Origin: an uncultured Fibrobacteria bacterium
Lineage (GTDB): Bacteria; Fibrobacterota; Fibrobacteria; UBA11236
Direction: 5' to 3'
Assembly: GCA_963716395.1 (NCBI GenBank)
Contig: OY970309.1
Location: forward strand, 800,001-864,000
Length of the DNA: 64,000 nt
The number at the start of each line of letters is the position of its first letter. Positions within the stretch are counted from its first letter, which is position 1. The notes beneath the pieces were generated by a model. That model was not told where the DNA came from and did not search any database. It saw nothing but the letters and a program-made list of their open reading frames with translations. Positions 28,840 through 38,399 of this stretch are shown here, in pieces. The translations under genes and the position numbers were made by a program.

Positions 28840-29742
28840 ATGGCGATTTTGATCGATGGCAAAAAAACCGCGCGGGAAATCCGCGCCGAGCTCAAGACCC
28901 GGGTGGAAGCGCTGCGTAACCGGGGCGTGACTCCGGGGTTGAGTGTGACCTTGGTGGGCTATAACGCCGCCAGCCAGGTGTACGTAGCGGCCAAAGACGC
29001 GGCGGCCCGCGAAGTTGGCATGCAGGCGGTCACGCATAAATTGCCGGCCTCGATTTCCGCATCCGAATTGCGCGATCACCTATTGCGCCAGAACGCCGAC
29101 GCGGCCGTGCACGGCATTCTGCTGCAATTGCCCCTGCCGCGACACCTGCCGGAAGAAAATCTCCTCAACCTCATCGCGCCGGAAAAAGACGTCGATGGCT
29201 TTCATCCCATGAATCTGGGCAATCTCATGCTGGGGCGCCCGGGCTTCAAGCCTTGCACGCCGTGGGGCGTGCAGGTGTTGCTGCGGCGCTACGGCCTCGA
29301 AACGCGCGGCCGCCATGTCGTGATCGTGGGGCGGTCCAACATCGTGGGCAAACCCCTGGCCAACCTTCTGCTGCAAAAAGCCGAGGGCGCCGACGCTACG
29401 GTCACGGTGTGCCACAGCGCCACGCCCGACCTGGCCCGGTTCACGCGCCAGGCCGACATTCTGGTGGCGGCCATGGGCCGGCCCGAATGTATCGACGCCG
29501 ACATGGTGGCCGAAGGGGCCGCGGTCATCGACGTGGGCGTGAACCGCGTCCCCGACGCCTCTGCGCCCAAGGGCTATCGCCTGTGCGGCGACGTGCATTT
29601 CGAAAGCGTGGCGGCCAAAGCCGCGGCCATCACCCCGGTTCCGGGCGGGGTCGGGCCCATGACCATCGCCATGCTCCTGAGCAACACGTTGCGCGCCGCC
29701 GAAGCCGCGGCCGGAATCCAAAATCCGGATCCGGAATTCTGA
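28840..29742 (+). CDS. folD: Bifunctional methylenetetrahydrofolate dehydrogenase/cyclohydrolase
   Basis: IDGKKTA, GILLQLPLP, KDVDGFH, PCTP, GRSNIVGKP, PVPGGVGPMT. Confidence 0.97.
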   Translation: MAILIDGKKTAREIRAELKTRVEALRNRGVTPGLSVTLVGYNAASQVYVAAKDAAAREVGMQAVTHKLPASISASELRDHLLRQNADAAVHGILLQLPLPRHLPEENLLNLIAPEKDVDGFHPMNLGNLMLGRPGFKPCTPWGVQVLLRRYGLETRGRHVVIVGRSNIVGKPLANLLLQKAEGADATVTVCHSATPDLARFTRQADILVAAMGRPECIDADMVAEGAAVIDVGVNRVPDASAPKGYRLCGDVHFESVAAKAAAITPVPGGVGPMTIAMLLSNTLRAAEAAAGIQNPDPEF

Positions 29743-29792
29743 AGATCGTCCGCCTCGGGCGGACCGCCGGGAAAAGTCGGGGAAACGATACC

Positions 29793-30935
29793 TTGATCAC
29801 CCTATTGCGTCCGCAACCCGCGGACCACTCCGCGGCCGAGGCGCCGCACACCGAAGGCGTCAAGTACGCCGGATCAAAGCGCAAACTTCTGCCCCATATT
29901 CTGCGGCTGGCGCGGCAAACCGGAGCCCGCAGCGTATTCGACGGATTTTCGGGCACCACCCGGGTATCGCAGGCCTTGGCCCAAAGCGGATTCCGCGTGA
30001 TCGCCAACGACGCCGCCATCTGGTCGCGCGTGTTCGGAACCTGCTACCTGATGAACGCACGCCCGGCCCCTTCCTATCAATCCTTGTTCGATCATCTCAA
30101 CGCCTTGCCGGGCCGGGACGGATGGTTCACCGAGCATTACGGCGGCGATCCCCGGGACGGCCGCTCGGCTGGAGCCGATGGTTTGAAGAAGCCCTGGCAG
30201 CGGCACAACACGCGCAAACTCGACGCCATACGCGAAGAGCTCGAAACCCTGGCTATGGACGAAATCGAAAAATCCGTGGCGCTCACCGCTTTGATGCTGG
30301 CCATGGATGCGGTGGACAGTACCTTGGGCCATTTCGCCGCCTATCTTGAGGTCTGGGCGCCACGCTCCTACCGCACCATGAAACTCGAACTGCCGCGCCT
30401 GTTTCCGCGCGCGGACGATCACCGGGTTTTGCAGCAGGACGTGTTTGACGCGCAAGCGAACCTCGCCGTCGATTTGGCGTATTTCGATCCGCCCTACGGG
30501 TCGAACAACGAAAAGATGCCCTCGTCGCGCATCCGCTATGCCGCGTATTATCACCTGTGGACCTCGATTTGCCGCTTCGACAAACCTGCCTTGTTCGGAA
30601 AAGCCGGGCGCCGGCGCGATTCGGCCGATCTGTCCGCCGCTTCGGTGTTCGAAGATTTTCGGAAAAACGAACAGGGGCGCTTCGTGGCCACGGCCGCGGT
30701 GGAAAAGCTGCTGCAAACCGCCCCGGCCCGGCATATTTTGCTGTCATACAGCTCCGGCGGCAGGACGACCGCCGAAGAATTGCTGGCCGCCCTCACGGCG
30801 GCCGGAAAGCTGGTGGAAAGCGTCGAAATCGATTACAAAGAGCATGTGATGGCGGGTATGAAATGGACTTCGGAATGGTTGCGCGCCGCGAAGGCCCCGC
30901 ATAAAGAATTCTTATTTTTAATCGACAAATCGTGA
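29793..30935 (+). CDS. Orphan N6-adenine DNA methyltransferase (Dam/D12, FokI-like)
   Basis: KYAGSKRKLL, motif I FDGFSGT, motif IV DLAYFDPPY, HILLSYS. TTG start inferred. Confidence 0.85.
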   Translation: MITLLRPQPADHSAAEAPHTEGVKYAGSKRKLLPHILRLARQTGARSVFDGFSGTTRVSQALAQSGFRVIANDAAIWSRVFGTCYLMNARPAPSYQSLFDHLNALPGRDGWFTEHYGGDPRDGRSAGADGLKKPWQRHNTRKLDAIREELETLAMDEIEKSVALTALMLAMDAVDSTLGHFAAYLEVWAPRSYRTMKLELPRLFPRADDHRVLQQDVFDAQANLAVDLAYFDPPYGSNNEKMPSSRIRYAAYYHLWTSICRFDKPALFGKAGRRRDSADLSAASVFEDFRKNEQGRFVATAAVEKLLQTAPARHILLSYSSGGRTTAEELLAALTAAGKLVESVEIDYKEHVMAGMKWTSEWLRAAKAPHKEFLFLIDKS

Positions 30936-31822
30936 TCTCGCAAAAAACCGATCTCTCCTTATTGGCGGAAGAGTATCTCCGCTACGCTTCCGAACGCGTA
31001 AACCAGGCGTTGGATCGGTATTTGCCGAAAGAGCAAAGCGTACCGGTGGAATTGCACAAAGCCGAGCGCTATTCGGTCTTCGCCGGCGGCAAACGCCTGC
31101 GGCCCGCGCTTTGTCTGGCCGCTTTCGAAGCCTGCGGCGGCACCGGCGACGCGGCGCTGCCCGCGGCCTGCGCCCTGGAAATGACGCATACCTTTTCGCT
31201 CATCCACGACGACTTGCCCTGCATGGACGACGACGACTTTCGCCGCGGACGGCCCACCAGCCACAAAGTATTCGGCGAAGCCGTGGCCGTGCTGGCCGGC
31301 GACGCCCTGCTGGTACAGGCTTTCGAACTCGTGGCGGGCAGCGGCAACGCCGCCTGCGTCGCCACCTTGGCCGAGGCGCTGGGATCAAACGGCATGCTGG
31401 GCGGCCAGGTCGTCGACATTTTGAGCGAAGGCCGGCCCGTGGATTTGCCCACGGTCGACTACATCCACCGCCATAAAACCGCGGCGCTTTTGGCCGGCGC
31501 GCTGGTGATGGGCGCGCAAATGGCCGGCGCCGCCCCCGAGGTCGTCGAGGGATTGCGTGCCATCGGCCTGCAAGTCGGCCTGGCCTTTCAAATCATCGAT
31601 GATTGTCTGGATTTGGAGCAAACCACCGAAACCCTGGGCAAAGACGCAAAATCGGATTTGGCCAACGGCAAGGCGACCTATCCTTCCATCCTCGGGCTGG
31701 AAGCCTCGAAACGCCGGGCCTCCGAACTCATCGAAGCGGCCGTGGCCGATTTGCATCTTCTGCCCATCGACGGCGCCGTGCTCGAAGCACTGGGCCGGTA
31801 TATTTTCACCCGGGTACATTGA
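30932..31822 (+). CDS. ispA: Polyprenyl (farnesyl-PP) synthase
   Basis: GGKRLRP, LIHDDLPCMDDDDFRRG, HKT, FQIIDD. Confidence 0.93.
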   Translation: MISQKTDLSLLAEEYLRYASERVNQALDRYLPKEQSVPVELHKAERYSVFAGGKRLRPALCLAAFEACGGTGDAALPAACALEMTHTFSLIHDDLPCMDDDDFRRGRPTSHKVFGEAVAVLAGDALLVQAFELVAGSGNAACVATLAEALGSNGMLGGQVVDILSEGRPVDLPTVDYIHRHKTAALLAGALVMGAQMAGAAPEVVEGLRAIGLQVGLAFQIIDDCLDLEQTTETLGKDAKSDLANGKATYPSILGLEASKRRASELIEAAVADLHLLPIDGAVLEALGRYIFTRVH

Positions 31823-31855
31823 CCCTTACCCGACCCATCGTCGCCGGAAACACGC

Positions 31856-33751
31856 ATGCTGGAAAACATTCACTCGCCCGCGGATCTCAAAACGCTCAGC
31901 CTCGACGAGCTGAAGCAATTGGCGCGTGAAATGCGCGACACCGTGGTGCGCCAGGTGGCGGCCAAGGGCGGGCATTTGGCCAGCAATCTGGGCGCGGTGG
32001 ATTTGACCGTGGCCCTGCACAAGGTGTACGACGCCCCGCGCGACAAGATCGTGTGGGACACGGGCCATCAGGCCTATCCCCACAAACTGATTACCGGGCG
32101 CTACCGCGAGTTCCACACCTTGAAACAATTCGGCGGGCTGTCGGGTTTTCTCCGGCGCGACGAAAGTCCCTACGACGCCTTCGGCGCCGGGCATGCCTCG
32201 ACGTCGCTGGCGGCAGCTCTGGGCATGGCGGTGGCGCGCACCAAGCTCCGGCAAGATCACGACGTGGTGGCGGTGATCGGCGACGGGGCCATGACCGGCG
32301 GCATGGCCTTCGAGGCCTTGAACAACGCCGGCGAAATCGAGGAAAAGATCGTTTTCGTGCTCAACGACAACCGCATGTCGATTTCCAAAAACCTGGGCGG
32401 CATTTCCAAATACCTGAACCGCATCATCAGCAACCCGGCCTACAACAAATTCAAAGACGAAGTGTGGGAAATCACCGGCAAGCTGCCGCAGGGCAAGGGC
32501 CTGCAAAAAATCGCGTCGCGCATCGACGACGGCCTGAAGCGCCTGCTCATGCCCGGCGGATTTTTCCAGGATCTCGGCCTGCGCTATTTCGGCCCGGTCG
32601 ACGGCCACAACCTCGGGGAACTCATCGAAATTCTGGCCGCCGTGCGGCTCCTCCCGGGTCCGAACCTGGTACACGTGGTGACCACCAAAGGTTATGGTTG
32701 GGAGAAATCGGAACAGGACGCCATCAAGTGGCATGCCTCCAACCCCTTCGACATCGAATCGGGCAAACCCAAGGCCGCGCCGTCCAAGGTGCCGTCGCTC
32801 ACCAAAGTCTTCGGCGAGGCCATGCTCGAACTGGCGCGGGCCGATGAACGCATCATCGGCATCACCGGCGCCATGCTCGAAGGCTGCGGGCTCAACATCA
32901 TGCAGGCCGAAATTCCCGCCCGCGTCTACGACGTGGGCATCGCCGAGCAATACGCCACCACCTTCGCGGCCGGCGCCGCCTGCGACGGCCTCAAGCCCGT
33001 GGTGGCCGTGTACTCGTCGTTTCTCCAACGCGCCTTCGATCAAATCGTGCACGACGTGGCCATCCAGAATCTCAACGTGACCTTCGTGCTGGATCGCTCG
33101 GGGCTGGTCGGCCTCGACGGGCCCACGCATCACGGCGCCATGGACCTGAGTTATCTCGGCCTGATTCCGGGCATGGTAATTTTGGCCCCCAGCGATGAAA
33201 AGGAATTGCGCAACCTGTTGTATACGGCCTTGCAATACGACGCCGGTCCCATCGCCTTGCGCTATCCCCGCGGCAACGCCTACGCCCCCGATGAAAAACG
33301 GCCTTTCGAAGCGCTGCCCATCGGCATTCCGCATGTGCTCGAAGAAGGCGACGACCTGTTGTTGCTCGCGGTCGGTCCTATGCTGGCCTCTGCGCGCCAG
33401 GCCGTCGCGGCGTTGCAGAAAGAGGGCTTTCGCCCCACCTTGGTCGATGTGCGCACGGTCAAGCCCTTGAACCCCAAGGCCTACGGTGATTTGTTCGCAC
33501 GCCATCGCGCGGTGCTCACGGTGGAGGATAACGTTCCCCACGGCGGATACGGCGACGCCGTAGCGCGCCTGTTGCGTGATCTGGGACGCGGGGAAATGCC
33601 CGTAAAACACGTCGCGCTTCCCGATGAATTCGTGACCCATGGCGATGTTCCCACCTTGCATCGCATTCTCGGCATGGACGCGGACGGCATCGCCAAAAAG
33701 GCGCTGGAATTGCTGCACCAGGTTTCGGCCGTCGACGGGCACGCGGCTTGA
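31856..33751 (+). CDS. dxs: 1-deoxy-D-xylulose-5-phosphate synthase
   Basis: GGHLASNLG, WDTGHQAYPHK, GDGAMTGG, GIAEQ, DGPTHHG. Confidence 0.97.
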   Translation: MLENIHSPADLKTLSLDELKQLAREMRDTVVRQVAAKGGHLASNLGAVDLTVALHKVYDAPRDKIVWDTGHQAYPHKLITGRYREFHTLKQFGGLSGFLRRDESPYDAFGAGHASTSLAAALGMAVARTKLRQDHDVVAVIGDGAMTGGMAFEALNNAGEIEEKIVFVLNDNRMSISKNLGGISKYLNRIISNPAYNKFKDEVWEITGKLPQGKGLQKIASRIDDGLKRLLMPGGFFQDLGLRYFGPVDGHNLGELIEILAAVRLLPGPNLVHVVTTKGYGWEKSEQDAIKWHASNPFDIESGKPKAAPSKVPSLTKVFGEAMLELARADERIIGITGAMLEGCGLNIMQAEIPARVYDVGIAEQYATTFAAGAACDGLKPVVAVYSSFLQRAFDQIVHDVAIQNLNVTFVLDRSGLVGLDGPTHHGAMDLSYLGLIPGMVILAPSDEKELRNLLYTALQYDAGPIALRYPRGNAYAPDEKRPFEALPIGIPHVLEEGDDLLLLAVGPMLASARQAVAALQKEGFRPTLVDVRTVKPLNPKAYGDLFARHRAVLTVEDNVPHGGYGDAVARLLRDLGRGEMPVKHVALPDEFVTHGDVPTLHRILGMDADGIAKKALELLHQVSAVDGHAA

Positions 33752-33800
33752 AACGATTGCTTTTCCCCGGACATGACGGAGTGAATTTGGAAAAGACGCC

Positions 33801-34871
33801 ATGACGGCCGACGAAAACGGTTCCGGGGAAAATCGCGCAGAGGAAACGCCGCGTCCGGCCGAAAACCAACCGAAGCCGGAAACTCCCGACGCCTTTGATT
33901 TGCCGGGATTCCTGCCGCCGGCCGCGCCCCGGAATCCGGAGCCGCGCCGTTCCGTACGCCCCTTTAAGCCGCGCCCCAAATTCGACGCGCGGGAAGGCAA
34001 AGATCGCGGAGCGTTCCGGCCGCAGGCAGCGCGCCCGCCGGGACGGTTTGCGCCGCCCGGCGATCGCCGCGGAAGCCGGCCCCCCGAACGCGGGTTCGAC
34101 GACCGCATGGCGCCCGAAGTGCGCAAGTTTTTGCTCCTGCGGAACGAAAAAGGCCGGCAGCGCGAATCGCGCTTTTTGATCGAAGGCGCCAAGAACGTGG
34201 CCGACGTCGCGGCCGTGTTACCCGGCATGCTGCATCTGGTGCTGGCGGCGCGGGGGTTCGTCGACACGGCCCTACTCGAAACCTTGCGCCGGCAACGGGT
34301 GCATACGCGTGAAGTGCATCCGCGCGATCTGGCCGCCCTATGCGACACCGAGACGCCGCAAGGCGTGGTGGCCGTGGCCAATTTCGCCGCCTTGCGGCCC
34401 GACTGGAATGCGGCCCATTATGTCACCCTGCTCGACGGCGTGCAGGATCCCGGCAATGTCGGCGCCATCTTGCGCACCGCGGCGGCCTTGGGCCTCGATG
34501 CCGTGGTGCTGGGCAAGGGCACCTGCGACGCCTACAACCCCAAGGTGGTGCGCGCCTCGCTGGCCTCGCTGCTGCGCCTGCCGGTGGAAACCGGAGAAGA
34601 TTTGGCGGCCAAAATCCATTTTCTGCGCACCAAGGGTTTTTCGGTGGTGGCCACGTCGCCGCATGCCAAGATCACCTTGGGCCAAGCCAAGCTGCGCCGC
34701 AAAGTGGCGCTCCTCTTCGGCAATGAAGGGGCGGGCGTGGGCGAAAACCTGTTGGATCAAGCCGACGCGGCCGTGCGCATCCCCATGCGCGGCCCGGTCG
34801 AGTCGCTGAACGTGTCCGTGGCCCACGGCCTGTTGACTTACGAGTTACTGCGCCTGCGCGACGCACTGTGA
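33801..34871 (+). CDS. TrmH/SpoU family RNA methyltransferase with a disordered N-terminal extension
   Basis: ETPQGVVAV, QDPGNVGAILRTA, GNEGAG, IPMRGPVESLNVSVA. Confidence 0.9.
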   Translation: MTADENGSGENRAEETPRPAENQPKPETPDAFDLPGFLPPAAPRNPEPRRSVRPFKPRPKFDAREGKDRGAFRPQAARPPGRFAPPGDRRGSRPPERGFDDRMAPEVRKFLLLRNEKGRQRESRFLIEGAKNVADVAAVLPGMLHLVLAARGFVDTALLETLRRQRVHTREVHPRDLAALCDTETPQGVVAVANFAALRPDWNAAHYVTLLDGVQDPGNVGAILRTAAALGLDAVVLGKGTCDAYNPKVVRASLASLLRLPVETGEDLAAKIHFLRTKGFSVVATSPHAKITLGQAKLRRKVALLFGNEGAGVGENLLDQADAAVRIPMRGPVESLNVSVAHGLLTYELLRLRDAL

Positions 34872-34875
34872 CGGC

Positions 34876-35472
34876 ATGAAACTCCGCCTGCTGCCCACCT
34901 ACAACGCCCCCGTCGTTCTCACCTTCGCGCTGCTGGCTTTCCTGGTGCATGTGGCCGACGTGGCTTCGCACGGGCGCATCGCCCCCATGTATTTCGCGGC
35001 CTGGCCGCATTTCGAATTCCGCTCGCCGCTGTCGTGGTTCCGGCTGGTGTCGCACGTCTTGGGGCACAAGAACCTGGCCCACCTCACCGCCAACTTTTCG
35101 GTGATCCTGCTCATCGGCCCCGTGCTGGAGGAGAAATACGGCGCCAAGGCCATGCTGATCATGATCCTGATCACGGCTTTGACCACGGGCGTGCTCAACA
35201 CCCTGTTCTTCAACACCGGGCTCATGGGCGCCAGCGGCATCGTGTTCATGATGATCGTGCTGGGATCGTTCGCCAACCACAAGCCGGGCGAGATTCCCTT
35301 GACGTTTATTTTGGTGGTGGCGCTGTATCTCGCCGGCGAAGTCACGGCCGGATTCCGCCACGACGACGTTTCGCATTTCGCGCACCTCCTGGGCGGCCTG
35401 TGCGGCGCGGTGTTCGGATTTCGTTCCGGCGCGACGGCCGGGGCCAAGAGCAAAGGCGGCTCCAAAGCTTGA
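34876..35472 (+). CDS. Rhomboid family intramembrane serine protease
   Basis: HLTAN, GASG, HLLGG; multiple TM helices. Confidence 0.85.
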   Translation: MKLRLLPTYNAPVVLTFALLAFLVHVADVASHGRIAPMYFAAWPHFEFRSPLSWFRLVSHVLGHKNLAHLTANFSVILLIGPVLEEKYGAKAMLIMILITALTTGVLNTLFFNTGLMGASGIVFMMIVLGSFANHKPGEIPLTFILVVALYLAGEVTAGFRHDDVSHFAHLLGGLCGAVFGFRSGATAGAKSKGGSKA

Positions 35473-35543
35473 GGGCCGGCCCGGGCGGTTTTGTACCATT
35501 GCCAGAAGGCGAGAATGAGGGGCGCCCGCAAGACGGGGGAAAA

Positions 35544-35924
35544 ATGGATGGGGAGCAAAAAAGAACCGTAGTCATCGTGGGTGCATCGGACAAACCCGAT
35601 CGCACCAGCCATCAGTTGCTCGCACGGCTGCGGCAACGCGAAGGTTACGCACCCATTCCCGTGCATCCCCGCCTGCGCATTATCGATGGGTGGCCCGTCT
35701 TGCCGGCGCTGTCGGCCGCGCCGGAACGCCCCGACGTGATCTCGCTGTACGTGAACGCGCAGACCAGTGCGGGGCTCGAAGCCGATCTCAAGCGCCTGCG
35801 GCCGGGAAAAGTGATTTTCAATCCGGGCGCGGAAAATCCCGCCTTGCAGCAACACCTGCAAGACGCGGGCATTGCAACCGAAGCGGCCTGCTCGCTGGTG
35901 CTGTTGTCCCAAAACGCGCTGTGA
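35544..35924 (+). CDS. CoA-binding protein (YccU-like)
   Basis: VVIVGASDKPDRTS, PVHP, IFNPGAE, ACSLV. Confidence 0.85.
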   Translation: MDGEQKRTVVIVGASDKPDRTSHQLLARLRQREGYAPIPVHPRLRIIDGWPVLPALSAAPERPDVISLYVNAQTSAGLEADLKRLRPGKVIFNPGAENPALQQHLQDAGIATEAACSLVLLSQNAL

Positions 35925-35942
35925 GCGGAAGGCGGAGCGGCC

Positions 35943-36686
35943 TTGTCTTTATACGACCTGCTGCAAAACTTGCCCTGGAGTTTGACGCAGCTCAGCGACG
36001 CCGGCATCGTGCTCGGCACGTGGCTGGCTTTTTGGCTGGCCCCGCCGGCCTTGCAGCGCGGGCGCTGGTGGCTGCCGGCCTGGTTCGCCGCCCTGAACCT
36101 TTTCTTGTGGTACGCGCCGCGCGCTTGGCAGCCGCGCACCAACCTCTGGATCTATTTCGGCTGGGCGCAATTGCCGTGGATTCTGGCCGCGCTGGATTTG
36201 GCCGCACACGGTACGATGGCGCGCGGGGTGTCCAGCCTGTCGCTGCGCGCGTTGTTGGCTTGGTCGCTGTTTCGCGTCATGGGCGCGGTGCTGGTGCTGG
36301 CCGTACTCCAGGGCGATTTGCCGCCGGCCCTGGGTATGACCCTGGCCATCGGCGAAGTCTTCACCGCGGGCCTGGCCGCTTTGCTGTGGCTGGTCTATCG
36401 GCCCCAAAGCCTGTGGTACCGCCTCGTGCTGTTGTTCTGGAACGCCTATGGATTGACCGCCGCGCTTTCCCTGGGAATCAAAGGTCTGCTCGCCGATCCC
36501 GATTTTCCCGCGGTGCGGCTGCCTTACGAGGTGCACCAGTTTTGGATGGGGTTTCCGCAGGCGTGGATTCCGTTTTTTTGGACGCCCCTCGCCATCATCG
36601 TGCACGCCCTGGTTTTTTATAGAATGTATCTCGAATGGACGGCACCATCCTCCCTACAGCCGGCGGCCGGGGAAATTCCCGGATGA
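35943..36686 (+). CDS. Hypothetical integral membrane protein
   Basis: About 7 hydrophobic helices; codon usage matches neighbours. Confidence 0.6.
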   Translation: MSLYDLLQNLPWSLTQLSDAGIVLGTWLAFWLAPPALQRGRWWLPAWFAALNLFLWYAPRAWQPRTNLWIYFGWAQLPWILAALDLAAHGTMARGVSSLSLRALLAWSLFRVMGAVLVLAVLQGDLPPALGMTLAIGEVFTAGLAALLWLVYRPQSLWYRLVLLFWNAYGLTAALSLGIKGLLADPDFPAVRLPYEVHQFWMGFPQAWIPFFWTPLAIIVHALVFYRMYLEWTAPSSLQPAAGEIPG

Positions 36687-36714
36687 ACGGAACCACGCGC
36701 CGGAGGTTCACGGC

Positions 36715-37098
36715 ATGACGGATTATCTGCCGGCGGTGATTTTCGGAATGGTCGGCATTGTCTACGGCGCCGGCGCCTTGATCGTGTCGCGCTGGTTCGC
36801 CCCCAAGGGCCGCGACGTGGGTCGCAAATACGAAGCCTACGAATCGGGCGAAGCCAATATCGGCGACGCACATGTGCAGTTCCGGCTGGGGTACTACCTC
36901 TTCGCCCTGGTCTTTCTGGTTTTCGACGTCGAAGCCTTGTTCCTGTTTCCGGCCTTGAGAATTTTCCGCGCGGCGGTGCGGGGCGAAGTACCGCGCGTGA
37001 GCGCGGGCCTGGCCTGGGCCGAAGTGGCGGCCTTTATCGCCGTGCTGGGGGTAGCCCTCTTTTACGCGCGCCGCAAAAAGGCGCTGGAATGGAGTTGA
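36715..37098 (+). CDS. nuoA: NADH-quinone oxidoreductase subunit A
   Basis: [19 protein letters not shown], ends LEWS. Confidence 0.95.
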   Translation: MTDYLPAVIFGMVGIVYGAGALIVSRWFAPKGRDVGRKYEAYESGEANIGDAHVQFRLGYYLFALVFLVFDVEALFLFPALRIFRAAVRGEVPRVSAGLAWAEVAAFIAVLGVALFYARRKKALEWS

Positions 37099-37102
37099 AC
37101 CC

Positions 37103-38317
37103 ATGACGCAACCGGTGCCGCTGCCCGCTCCCGAAGCACCCGCGCTGCGGCTCACCAATGCGGTCGAGTTCATCACCGATTGGGCCCGCGCCAATTCGCT
37201 GTGGCCGCTGGTATTCGGCACCTCCTGCTGCGCCATCGAAATGATGGCCACCGGCGCCTCCGACAACGACTGGGCGCGCTTCGGACTCGAAGTGGCGCGG
37301 GCGTCGCCGCGCCAGGCCGACCTCATCATTCTGGCCGGAACCATCGTGGAAAAAATGGGCTCGCGCCTCGTCACCTTGTACGAACAGATGCCCGAGCCCA
37401 AATACGTCATCGCCATGGGCGCCTGCACCATCTCGGGCGGCCCTTTTTATTACGACAGCTATTCCGTGGTCAAAGGCGCCGACCGCCTGATTCCCGTCGA
37501 CGTATACGTTCCCGGCTGCCCGCCGCGGCCCGAAGCCCTGCTCTACGGCGTCCTGCAATTGCAGCGCCTCATCCGCGACAAGAAATTGCGCGCCGCCTTG
37601 GGTCCGCGCCGCGTGCATACCGTCCCTTTCACCGACCCCATGACCGAAGCGGCCAAAGCCTGGGATGAAGCGGAAAAACAGAAACAGACCGAGATCAAAG
37701 CAGCCCAGGAAAAATTCAAGGCCGAGAATCCCGATTACAAAGGCTATGTGTACAAGCGCGCGCCCGTGGTCAAGTTCGACGAGGTTCCGCGCCGGCCCAC
37801 GCCGCGGCGCGGCATGGACCCCGAAGCCCTGTTCACCGCGGTGCGCGAAAAAATTCCGGCGGTTGCCTTGCCCGGCGGGGCGGATCCCACGTCCGATTTT
37901 TTTGCCAAAATGGCCCCGGACGCCGTTCTCGAACTGAGCGTGCCGCGCGAGGATTATCTTGCCACCGTGGAATTCCTGCAAGAGGATCCGCGTCTTCGCT
38001 GCGACTTGTTGATCCAGATCACCGCCGTGGATTGGAAGGATCATTTCGACCTCGTCGTGCACTTGCAGTCGGTCGAGCACGGGCATAAAGTGTTCGTGCG
38101 CGTGGCGCTGCCGCATGACGAACATCCCGAAATCGAAACCCTGACGCATCGCTACGCAGGCGCGGACTGGCATGAACGCGAAGTGTGGGATTTCTTCGGC
38201 ATCCGCTTTCTGGGGCATCCGGACTTGCGGCGACTTTTTCTCGAAGACGATTTTCCCGGCCACCCGCTGCGCAAGGATTTCACCGACGTCACCCGCATGG
38301 TACGGAGGCCGTATTGA
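37103..38317 (+). CDS. nuoBC: Fused complex I subunit NuoB-NuoC
   Basis: N-half [26 protein letters not shown]; C-half [24 protein letters not shown]; one ORF. Confidence 0.92.
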   Translation: MTQPVPLPAPEAPALRLTNAVEFITDWARANSLWPLVFGTSCCAIEMMATGASDNDWARFGLEVARASPRQADLIILAGTIVEKMGSRLVTLYEQMPEPKYVIAMGACTISGGPFYYDSYSVVKGADRLIPVDVYVPGCPPRPEALLYGVLQLQRLIRDKKLRAALGPRRVHTVPFTDPMTEAAKAWDEAEKQKQTEIKAAQEKFKAENPDYKGYVYKRAPVVKFDEVPRRPTPRRGMDPEALFTAVREKIPAVALPGGADPTSDFFAKMAPDAVLELSVPREDYLATVEFLQEDPRLRCDLLIQITAVDWKDHFDLVVHLQSVEHGHKVFVRVALPHDEHPEIETLTHRYAGADWHEREVWDFFGIRFLGHPDLRRLFLEDDFPGHPLRKDFTDVTRMVRRPY

Positions 38318-38399
38318 GTCTTGAGGGTTTGAGGTCTGCGGGTTTGAGGCGCGCGGGCGTCCGCCGTAGGCGGATTTCCCGGGCCGCGCGGCGGCGGCC

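Noticed and set aside
921-34381. Long opposite-strand ORFs (e.g. 921-3380, 10454-13045, 19734-21449, 24309-26108, 31826-34381)
   Set aside because: Antisense shadows of well-supported genes in high-GC DNA; no recognisable motifs.
38315-38350. Imperfect GGGTTTGAGG repeat between nuoBC and nuoD
   Set aside because: Only two degenerate copies; no function can be supported.
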